64,000 nt of DNA from positions 565,834 to 629,833 of the forward strand of contig MU004189.1 in NCBI GenBank assembly GCA_010093605.1. The letters are read 5' to 3'. How positions within the stretch are numbered: the stretch's first letter is position 1; each line of letters starts with the position of its first letter. This document shows positions 12,524-22,340 of this stretch, piece after piece. The notes beneath the pieces are model-generated. The model saw only the letters and a list, made by a program, of their open reading frames with translations. It was not told the DNA's origin and did no database searches. Made by a program: the position numbers and the translations under genes. This DNA is from Lophium mytilinum (taxonomy: Eukaryota).

Positions 12524-13537
12524 CTAGACATCCATGCCCATGAAAATCCAGGAATCACTCGTAATCTCGTCTCCATTGGTCCATTCGTCGAGTGTCGTCA
12601 GGCTGAAACCAACCCAGCCAAGGTCCCTCGAAAGAGTGCTCATGGCGTGGGACTCGGTGTGTCGGTCCAGGCAGACGACGAGTTGGGAGCATTCGAACGA
12701 AGGAATGTCGCAAAGTTCGAGGAGGGCCATCAAGCTGCAGTCAGAATTAAATTCGATGATCCCAATATGTTACACGAGGGTCATGCACTTACCCAGGCTT
12801 GAGATCATTTCCAACGACCTGATTGTCAAAGAAAACGAACATAGCTCTCTCCCCATCCTTCTCCGCCACAAACCCTCTAAATCGAGTGCCCCCAACATAG
12901 TCGAACATTTCCATCCAGTCAGTCACCAGCCCTCCACTCTCGACAAAGCCATCCATTTCAGGTGACGGTAAACCACGCGTGCTGTGCGCATAGCGAGCGT
13001 GGGCGTTGATGTCGGAGCCAAAGGCGCTAGTAGTAATGTTGTAGTTTTGCACACCCGCCACAAGCGAGTCCTGATCGGCCGAGTTCCCCTCACCCAGGAA
13101 AACAGCCCTCAGTGTCCCGCAGAAGAGTCTCTCACACTCCTCCGTGATGGTGTATGCAGCCCCCCCTCTACGCGCCCTGCCACTGCGGCTCCCGTTGTCC
13201 GAAGCGGGGCGCTTGGTGGCGTGACTGTTGTAGGCGGCGAGGGGGGGACTCTGCGGTGGCGATGGCATTCCCTGGTGGAAGAGTCAGTTTTAACGTCTTT
13301 GTTGCGTGTCATAGCTTTGGGATTTGGGGAGTACTCACCGAGCTCACCTCAGGAACGCCAATCGACCCCGCCAGCCCCCGTAGTGGAGTAGTGGTATCCT
13401 TGGAGCGCGGTAGTGGCGGCGTCGACGACGTAGCAGCTGGCGCGGATGTTGGAGTGGGTGTCTTCGTAATTCATGGCGGCGGCGTGAGAATTACTACTAC
13501 TAGTACTAGAGTAGGGTTTGGAAGTAGGTTTCGCCAT
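12524..13537 (-). CDS. OAZ1: Ornithine decarboxylase antizyme, requiring a +1 ribosomal frameshift at TCC-TGA (13354-13349)
   Basis: ORF1 13537-13349 (62 aa) ends ..GVDWRS*. The +1 frame continues EVSS|GMPSPPQSPP across intron 13338-13272; intron 12792-12735 then leads to the antizyme domain GLMALLELC..LVVCLDR..RDLGWVGF..WIFMGMDV. Confidence 0.93.
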
Positions 13538-14203
13538 TGGTAAGGTTTGCCACGGTTGCGCTTGAAGGGGACTTCTGGGGTATCCGGTGTGTCTGTTGAC
13601 GGTGACTATGGAAGCCAAACGGTAGCGAGTTGAGATTGAGGATGTTGTGAAGCGTTGGTGGTGTTCAAGAGGAGCGGTGTCGTGGTGGTTGGGTTGGAGA
13701 TCCTGGGAAAGAAGGTGAGGTTAAAGTGGAGTCAAGTGCGCTCGGCTTTCTTTCGGTCCGCTCCTTTCGCCACTAGTTTACCAATCACGTCAATTCACCG
13801 TTCCTGACTACACCCTTCGATTTTCAGCTTCTTTTAGATACTGAAGTCTCAATTTCGTGCCAATTGTAGGTTTGTCTCAGAGCTCTAGAATGGGCAACAT
13901 GGTAGGAGTCAGAGAATCAAGGATTCCAGCAGCATACCTTTGTAGAGTCTTATTTATGTAGGCTGACGGGGGGCCCAGGCAAAGACGAGTCAAGGCATCC
14001 TACCCCTCAACAGATCTCCCCTGCAGAGGCATAGAGTCAGCGTCAACGTCAATCCCTTCTGTAAAACCATCATTAGTATATGAGAATCAAAGTTATTGAT
14101 AACTTATACCTACGGTCAAGCACAAAGCCGTGTCCGATTTCCCACTGCATCATCTATTCAAATTTCTTCTTTTTCCATTACATCTGTCCCCATCTCATCT
14201 AAT

Positions 14204-16093
14204 ATGGCAACCTCTCTGCTCATATCCCTCTTCTTGATACCATGCACATTCCTCGCCTGGAACATCTACACCTTCTCTATCAACTACTCCCGCGCCCGTA
14301 AAATTGGCCTCCCCATCATCATCCGGCCCTTCGACCAATTGAATCCACTGTGGATCCTAGTCGGCCGCTTTCTCCTCCCCATCTTCGAGCGTGTCCCCTT
14401 CGGCTCTGGAAACTTCACACGGTTCTGCCGCCACGGCTTTGAAATTCGTGACACCTACCACTGGGTCGACGAGTTCGGCGACGCATTCGTCACAGTATCG
14501 CCAGCTAAGATCTGGCTTTGTATCGCCGATCCAGACACCATATCTGAGATTATCGCGCGCAGCCGGAAAGAATTCGATCGGCCAATGGAGACCATGGAGA
14601 TGCTGAATGTGCTTGGGAAGAATGTTAGTTCGGTGCAGGGCGCGGAGTGGCAGCGGCAGCGCAAGATTGTGAACATTCCGTTCAATGAACAGAACAATCG
14701 CATCGTCTTTGATGAGGCGTTGAGACAGGGTGCTGGGATGATTAAGTATTGGACGTCGCGGCCTGGAAATGTTATGGACGATGTGCTGGAGGACTCGAAG
14801 ACTTTTACGTTGAATGTGCTCTCTGGTGCTGGGTTTGGCAGATCGGCGCCTTTTGCTGGTTTTGATGAGCAGCAGAGAAGTACGGACAGTGGCTTTGCGA
14901 GGAAGAATAGGGAGAACTTGTCCACGATACTGGATTACATTCTCTTAATCTTGGTGGTTGGTCCTAGGTTGCTGACTGCCCCGTTTATGCCTAAAGCCGT
15001 TAGTAGGATCGGACAAGCAGTCTCAGATTTCAAGGAGTATGTAAGCAACATCGTATCTGAAGAGAAGAGTTTGATACGACAGGGAAAATCATCTGCTTCA
15101 AGCCTTGTTGCTTCCCTCATTCGAGCTTCTGAGCAAGCTAGCGACAAAGAAGGCGCCAAAGCAGCACTGTCCGAGAGTGAGATATTCGGGAACATATTTA
15201 TCTTTCACTTTGCGGGATACGACACAACCGCATTGTCACTATCGACGGCATTCGTGTTTCTTGCGGCGTGTCCTGATGTCCAGGATTGGATATCAGATGA
15301 GATCCGCTGTGTCTTGCCGAACGACGATCAATCGACTTGGAACTATGCAGAAGCCTTTCCAAGATTCAAGCGCTGTGTAGCCGTGTTGGTATGAAGTTAT
15401 TCCATTTGATTTCGAAGCATGGCAGTATTTTATGAGCATTCTTCCTACCTGTACTTGTTACCAAATTTTTGCACATCTCATTCATTCAAGTCTCTTCCGA
15501 CTTCCTCCCTTTTCTTTCGCCTAAACATTTCTCTTGCCTCCAAGCTAACCAAACACCACCAGTACGAAACACTCCGCCTCTACAACCCAACCCTCGGCTT
15601 CCTCAGAATGTCCATGCTCTCCACCCCAACCACCCTCACAATCAACAACCAGCCCTACACGCTTCCGCCAAAAACGATCTTCAATGTCAACTCTATGGCT
15701 TTAGCAACGCACCCACGCTACTGGGGCGCCGACTCTCTCGCGTGGAATCCGAAACGCTGGACCACTGCCACGAATACCACGTCTAGCTCGTCCGCTTCCA
15801 CCACCACTGCCACCATCAATGCCGAAACCCTGCTCGCACCCCCAAAAGCCACCTTCCTCCCCTGGGCCGACGGTCCGCGCGTGTGTCCCGGGAAGAAGTT
15901 CGCGCAAGTCGAGTTCGTGGGACTGATGTGTGCGCTGTTTCGGGATCACAGGGTAGAGCCGGTTCTAAAGGCTGGAGAGAGCATGTCCGAAGCGCGGGAG
16001 CGGACGTTGGCAGTCGCGAGAGACCAGGAGATGTATTTGCTTATGGAGATGCGGAGGCCAGGGGATGCGAAGTTGAAATGGTTGAGGCGGTAA
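14204..16093 (+). CDS. Cytochrome P450; 2 exons
   Basis: N-terminal TM anchor, I-helix FAGYDTT, ETLR, PKRW and heme motif WADGPRVCPG. Intron 15389-15562. Confidence 0.92.
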
Positions 16094-16256
16094 GTTGGGA
16101 TGTTGCCGGTGCTTGATGTCATCTCCTTTCTATCCGCCGGTGTATCCCTCTACAATCCTTCAGGTCCTCACTCTATAGGGCTATTACAGTCGATTCGAGA
16201 ACACGGTCGTCCGCTGTCTTCTAGTGTAGTGTTGGATCGGAAAGTACTATAGGCAC

Positions 16257-16296
16257 CCCTGTATAAGTGGATCCGTCCCTGTATTAGTGGATCCGT
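16257..16296. repeat. 20-bp direct repeat x2
   Basis: CCCTGTATAAGTGGATCCGT / CCCTGTATTAGTGGATCCGT, one mismatch. Confidence 0.9.
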
Positions 16297-16472
16297 CGAA
16301 TTTCCGATGTGAAGGATCTCTCGAGCTAAATTTCCGCTGGCTCTAGCTGGGGAAACGATCTCGCTCCCGGTAGCTGTTGGTCACAAAGGACAAGATCGCG
16401 TTCATCCTTGGAGGCAGTTTCCCAGGGCCGCCCAGAAGAAAATTCCAAAAGTCGATTTCTCAATCTCCAATA

Positions 16473-17685
16473 TCACTGCGACGGCCACATCTGAAGACCC
16501 TCAGGAGGCCTCGGCCAATCGCGATCCCCGCACTGGCCAAAATATTCGCACGCACACTGTTGCGGAGGAGGACAACTATATCGAATCAGCACAACCCTCG
16601 TCCACACACATCTGCAAAATCTGAACCAACTTACTGCACAGCATCGCCCGTCATTATGAACGCCCACAACTTCTCCAACACCCTTCCACTAACATCATCA
16701 ATCAAAGTCGTATTCAAAATCCACTCTCTCATCCCTTCATACGCCTTCTTTTCTCTCTTTTGAATCGCCTCTCTTGTTACCGCAAACTGCGCACAGCACT
16801 GCGATGCGATTGTCTCCGGCACCGCCACCCCGGGAAACAGTGTCTCCCATGCATCGGAGATTCCACGCTCGGCGTCTTCCCGATGCACGCCGGGACCCCA
16901 TTGCACGGCGTCGTGGGTCACGGGGCGGATCTCAGCGGGACAGGATGGGTACCAGTCGCAGCGCAAGGGAACGTATCCGGCGGATTCGAGAGCGGGGAGG
17001 CGGAGGGAGCGGACAAGGGCGACGATATCACCTTCTTGGTGCCAGCTGCTACGGTGGCCATGCACGAAGATTACGCGCCGGGGGAGCTGAGCCCAGTTGT
17101 TGATGATGAAGGTCAGGTAGACCATGGCTTCGTGGCCTTTGTTTTGGGGGACACTGAGTTCGGGGGGTGGGGAGGGGTTGTTCACAACGTAGGGATACAG
17201 AGTCCAGCTGGGTGATGTTAGTGCGTGGACGGAATTGGGGTAAGGCGGCGTTCGTACTTGTCTGCTAACTCGTGCATCCAGGAAATGTCGGTTGTGTCCA
17301 TTGCAGCAGCGACAATCGCACCGAGAGGCTCCTTGACATTGTTTTCTGCTTGCTGAGTTGGACTGGAAGATGCAGATGCTGTTGCTGCTATAGCGGTCTT
17401 CAATGCCGTTGAAGTCTTGAAGGTGGATAAGGACGGTTCCCGGAATATGGGGGTTGATGAGACAGCGGTAGCAGACGTCGCAACACTAGATGCTAACGAT
17501 TCGATAGAAGCAGACGTCGAATGAGCTATACTCGCAGTCACGGCGATAGGCGCATCATGACGAACAAACGGAAGCTTCCTGTAGTCTGAAAACTGATACA
17601 AACTGATGAGGAGGAGGACACAACTAGCGGCAACGGCGAGAATCCTCAGCCTTCCACTCAAAGACAGCCCGGTAAAAGTTATCAT
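16473..17685 (-). CDS. DUF3431-domain type II membrane protein; 3 exons
   Basis: NKGHEAMVYLTFII, FVHGHRSSWH, CCAQFAV and SGRVLEKLW motifs. Introns 17257-17208 and 16634-16576. Confidence 0.88.
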
Positions 17686-19443
17686 GACAGCGGATATTTG
17701 AGAAACGAAACAAGGACGATTTGAAAGAGCCAAGAGTAAGAACACATGTACAAAAGAAAGTCGGAAGCAAGGGAGCAACCACAAGTAGTGTGGGGTGCAG
17801 ACGCGCGGAAGGACTTGGAAGGATTTGGCATGAAACGGCTGCGGCAGACGTGCAATAGATTGGCATCGCTGTTCCCGACAGGGCTGGAACCTGCGGTGCG
17901 CCCATTGCGGCGTTGGAAAAAACCGTGCCGCACGCCTTCATACCCAGGTTGTCGATTATTGGCGAGATGCTCGTGATGGCTGAAGAACCCTAGCGCGTGT
18001 TGGCGTTCAACTTTCTGTGATTGGTTAGCGGCTGTACCCCTGGAAGACGCTGCAGAAACGGAAAAAGATGACTGATCAATCTATACGAGCAGCATTATCG
18101 CTTTATGTTGGCGCAAGAGCACGGAGTACCACATCTTCTCACAAAGTACCTCTCCTCCTTGCTCAGCATCTTAAAAGTGATGAGATGCTGGGCTCCATCT
18201 CGATAATCGATTCAGCTCCACAGAATATTCAAGCTTTTCCAAACTGAGTACCATCGCCTAGACAGTTTACTAGCACCGTGTCCGTCCATATCAAGCCTTT
18301 AAGCGCGCGCCATGGCCTGCGGGCGATCATAAGCCTGGTAACGACCTCCAACAACTCATGCAGGTGCCTGGCGGACCAATTCTGCCTTCTTTATTGCTGC
18401 GTTAATGTCGAGACATATATGCTAGCATCGGTTGGTCCCTAGACGCATCTTAAAATTATCTCCCTAGCGTACCAAGTGGTTACTGTGTTACAATGGCTTT
18501 TTCATCTTTGCTTGAAATTGATAATCTCAATCTTGTGGAGCTCCCGTGCTATATCTTATAGAAAGCCACCTGCAGGCTATCCACGGGAGGCGCCTAGGGG
18601 CTATACATACGCTCGTCTTACTCTAACCAATAACTTCGTGGACAGAACAATAAAAATGGTGAATAGATATCTAGTCTTCCATAATAACAATGTCCTACCT
18701 ACAAGAGCTGTAGCATGCGCCCTTCTGTTACATTTCTAAGCGCTAGACCTTGTTACGTATCGCCAGTCTTACTGCTTTACAAGCCGAAGCATAGCGGTCT
18801 CAGCCTCGTTGCTGTGCTGCAACCTAACGGCAGAGTAGATTACCTAGCCTCCTGCGCACGACATGCCTGCCACCACTTAGCACCCTACGCCCGACGGTAG
18901 CAGTAAAGGCAGCACCAACGCGACCAACAGGCTGCGAGTGATGCATCGTACCTCCACCACATCTGAAGAAACAGGGTGTGATACCTTTGTAGTCGAGTAA
19001 TCAGCTATTTCGGGGTCGTGGCACAATCCGTGCCTGCTTCGCCGGACCCACTAATGAAACGTGCCGCTCGCGTCTCCTACTCTCGCTATCCCACAGCAGC
19101 CCATAGACGCAGCAGCAAGGGTAAAAATTCGGCACTAGAAGCCGAGAAGAGAAATTATACAGGCTAGAATAGCCTTTTGCAGGTCCATAGAGCCTTTTGT
19201 TACGCAGCATTTGCGAAATACACCGACCATAGCATACTTCAAGGGGCTGTTCCTGCTAGGTAGAGCTGCATGCTCGGGGTTTGATATTCCCTGCAGACGC
19301 TGTGCCTCACCCCGACAATTTCAACCCCAGCATGTTGGGACACTGATGAGCTCTGCCGCAGAGGCAACGTTGCCGAAAGTTTAAGATTCCTAGATGTTTC
19401 CGTCTTCTCATGTACCTGCTGCTCGATATCACTATCGGCGGCA

Positions 19444-20418
19444 ATGGTGTTGAATTCTGGTGCTGCGTTTGCCCTTTTCCTTGTACTGCAACATCTCATC
19501 ACCGCTTGCAGCGCCGCCTCGTGCTTTGCCTTCGACGGCCTCGAATATGGACCCGATAACCAGGTCTGTCCAGGCTCATCGGCGTGCTGCGGGTATAACG
19601 CGACCTGCCTCCCTAATCGCCTCTGCCACAACAACGGAGATCTCGAGACGACGCTGGTTCGAGGACCATGCGCTGTGGATCCGTGGAATGACAACGTGTG
19701 CGCTCAGATTTGCCTGTATAGTGAGTTAGACAGAGACTCTCTTGAGAGCCTCGCGAATGCTGACAGTAAAGACGAGTCCGACAACGGAGGCCTCTTCCCC
19801 CGCGTCTTCGTGTGCCAAAATGGAAGTCTTTGCTGCGACAACGACCGGCAGTGCTGTCAGAGCAATCGTGGAGTATTCCTCGATGAGCATGGAAATATCC
19901 TTACTGCGAATCCCACGAGTTCTACGAGCACAGTGAAGTCGACTACGTCTTCCAGCATTACGTCGTCATTAACTGCCTCGACGTCAACTCAACAGGCTTC
20001 CACAACATCTTCCTTGTCCCCAACATCCCAGACTCCAACGAGTTCCTCGAGCCTAGGGTCGAGTTCCTCAAGCTCAGGGTCGAGTTCCTCAAGCCCAGGA
20101 TCGCAAGGACTGTCCACCGAGTCCATGGTCGGCCTTGGAGTCGGCGTTCCATTCGGCATCGCGGTTCTCATAGGACTAGGAGCCATAGCCTACTTTCTAC
20201 GACGACGGGATCAAGCGAGATCTCTCTCCGATCGTGTTGAGCTAGTATCATCTGCACGGCCCTATGGAACTGACCAGCACGCATCGCAGGCAGTGTATGC
20301 GGGCGCCGCTCTGCCTCATAAACCTTGGGCCGGGTACGAAGACAGACATGAAATTGTACGGTACGAGATGACGGCTGAATCTCTTTCGCCCAGGGAATTA
20401 CCATCCCCCTATAAGTAA
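19444..20418 (+). CDS. Single-pass cell-surface protein (signal peptide, Cys-rich domain, Ser/Thr stalk, TM helix; Mid2-like architecture)
   Basis: Domain order visible in the ORF. Probable 51-nt intron at 19721-19771. A 21-bp x3 repeat near 20040-20100 encodes part of the Ser stalk. Confidence 0.8.
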   Translation: MVLNSGAAFALFLVLQHLITACSAASCFAFDGLEYGPDNQVCPGSSACCGYNATCLPNRLCHNNGDLETTLVRGPCAVDPWNDNVCAQICLYSELDRDSLESLANADSKDESDNGGLFPRVFVCQNGSLCCDNDRQCCQSNRGVFLDEHGNILTANPTSSTSTVKSTTSSSITSSLTASTSTQQASTTSSLSPTSQTPTSSSSLGSSSSSSGSSSSSPGSQGLSTESMVGLGVGVPFGIAVLIGLGAIAYFLRRRDQARSLSDRVELVSSARPYGTDQHASQAVYAGAALPHKPWAGYEDRHEIVRYEMTAESLSPRELPSPYK

Positions 20419-20726
20419 CACAGCGAGTGACAGGGTTGCTGTAGAAAGAAGTTGTATTTGAAACGCGTAGAGATGTATGCTGGGAAGTAGAAGGGATAGA
20501 AATACCATGGTGTAATCACAAACCTAAAACCAACCAATTAATTCGACAAAGCGACGACTTCTACGTGCAACAAGCCTCAGCTAACGTATCTTCATGCTGA
20601 TGCGTCATCCTCAAAAAGCCAAGTCCTCGAATACGACTACTGGCGTAGCGTCGGTCTCGCGCTCAGTCCGAAGTCCGACCCGAGCGTCATGGATGGCATC
20701 AACACCAATTCCCTCTTTCAGACGCC

Positions 20727-20925
20727 GCACGTCCTTTTATTACTGTTCCTGTAAAGGCTTCAAAACCAGCGTCCAGAAAGCTTGGAACCCTAACCAAGCC
20801 CGCAGGCAGCGCACGTCCTTAAATTACTGCCTATAGAAGGTGTTGCATCACCGCCCTTTCAAGCCTTACAAATAGTCGAAACGGCGAAAGAGATGCACGT
20901 CCTTAAATTACTGTGTCTGTAAAGG
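20727..20925. repeat. Three ~31-bp motifs at an exact 84-bp period
   Basis: GCACGTCCTT(T/A)(T/A)ATTACTG..AAGG at 20727, 20811 and 20895. Confidence 0.9.
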
Positions 20926-21026
20926 CGCCGGAGCAGAGGAGATAGAGCCTTATGAATCAGCGACCGAGACGCCGAAGGGAGATGTGGCTTCATAACGAGG
21001 CCATGAAGGTTGAGAATGGGCTGAGG

Positions 21027-21036
21027 TATATATAAG
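21027..21036 (+). promoter_or_regulatory. Putative TATA box of the alpha/beta hydrolase gene
   Basis: TATATATAAG about 165 bp upstream of ATG 21194. Confidence 0.5.
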
Positions 21037-21193
21037 GCCAAGCTTTGGACGGTGAAAAACATCAACCACAAAGTTCTCCTGTCTTATCAACAACGCAAAC
21101 TCTATACTCTCATATATCTCTTATCAATACTCATCGATCTCGATCACAGTTCCCAGCTTCTCAGTAAACATAATCCCCCCTCAAGCCTTCACA

Positions 21194-22129
21194 ATGGTAT
21201 CTCCCAGCCCTGAAACCCGTTTCATCGACTTCACCCGCCACACCATCCCCTACAAAACCATCAACAACCAACCCATCGTCGCCGAGATCCTCATCCCCAA
21301 AAATATCACGCCAGGCGCGCACCCCATCCTCGCCCAATTTCATGGCGGTGGCCTCTTCACGGGTAAAGCTCTGTACCCCGACTGGTTCCCCCCCTACCTC
21401 GTCTCCTTCGCCCTCGCCAACTCCGCCATCATCGTCGCCCCCAACCACCGCCTCCTCCCCGAGCACTCGGGCGCCGACATCCTCGACGACCTCGCCGACT
21501 TCTGGACCTGGCTCCAGGGCCCGTTTCCGGCGCTGCTGGGCTCCAAGGCCGCGGGCGTCACCGCTGACCTCGACCACATCCTCGTGTCGGGCGAGAGCGC
21601 GGGCGGCTGGATGGCGCTGCAGTCCGTGTACTTGCTCCCCGAGGGGACGATCAAGGCGATGCACCTCCCGTACCCGATGACGCAGCCGCTTCCCCCGAGC
21701 GGGAAGACTGAGTTGTTTGGGGTGCCGCTGCCCGACGCTGCGGCAGTTGACGCGTGGCTCGCGGGGATGGAACCGGGGGTTGTGATGAGCGGTGCGAATC
21801 CCCCCGAGCGGTTGCTGGAAGGGATGGCATTGATGCAGCAGCCGGGGCGGCGGCTGCAGTTCTTGGGCGATGGGAAGCGGTTCAATCCGTACGAGCGGTT
21901 GGATGATGCGACGTGGTTGCCGAGGACGTGGGTGATTCATGGCGCGGAGGATTCGGTTGTGAGCGTGGACTTTTCTGTGAAGTTTGAGGAGAAGGCGGAG
22001 AGGCTGTTCCCCGGGAAAACGAGGTTGACGGTGAAGCCGGGGAATCATGGCTTCGATGGGGAACTCGATCCAGAGAAGGACGAGTGGCTGAAGGAGGGAT
22101 TGGAATGGGTGAGGGAGGCGTGGTTGTAA
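21194..22129 (+). CDS. Alpha/beta hydrolase (HSL-like esterase)
   Basis: Intronless. HGGG oxyanion motif, GESAG nucleophile elbow, HGAED and HGFD. Confidence 0.9.
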   Translation: MVSPSPETRFIDFTRHTIPYKTINNQPIVAEILIPKNITPGAHPILAQFHGGGLFTGKALYPDWFPPYLVSFALANSAIIVAPNHRLLPEHSGADILDDLADFWTWLQGPFPALLGSKAAGVTADLDHILVSGESAGGWMALQSVYLLPEGTIKAMHLPYPMTQPLPPSGKTELFGVPLPDAAAVDAWLAGMEPGVVMSGANPPERLLEGMALMQQPGRRLQFLGDGKRFNPYERLDDATWLPRTWVIHGAEDSVVSVDFSVKFEEKAERLFPGKTRLTVKPGNHGFDGELDPEKDEWLKEGLEWVREAWL

Positions 22130-22340
22130 GGGTGCAGCAAGCTGAAGCTCGAAGTGAAATACTTCGTAGTTACATTATGCTATTTAAGCTGATTGATATT
22201 TGTACCTATGGGTGTAATCAACGGATTATTCGGGAGATTGGATACTGTAATAATGCTTGCCTTCAAATCCCCCATTATCCACCTCAAGATATTCAGGTAC
22301 TCTCAAATATTCCTTTCCGCGCTCATGTAGACCATTGCCC

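Noticed and set aside
18420..18900. TpA-rich stretch suggestive of a RIP-mutated relic
   Set aside because: No transposase or RT motifs and no termini recognisable; needs RIP index and BLASTX.
20727..20925. CRISPR-like repeat-spacer array
   Set aside because: Eukaryotic context, no cas genes, only three imperfect repeats, and spacers share residual similarity.
14204..22129. Secondary-metabolite cluster (P450, hydrolase, transporters)
   Set aside because: No PKS, NRPS, terpene synthase or cluster transcription factor, and the genes are interspersed with unrelated ones.
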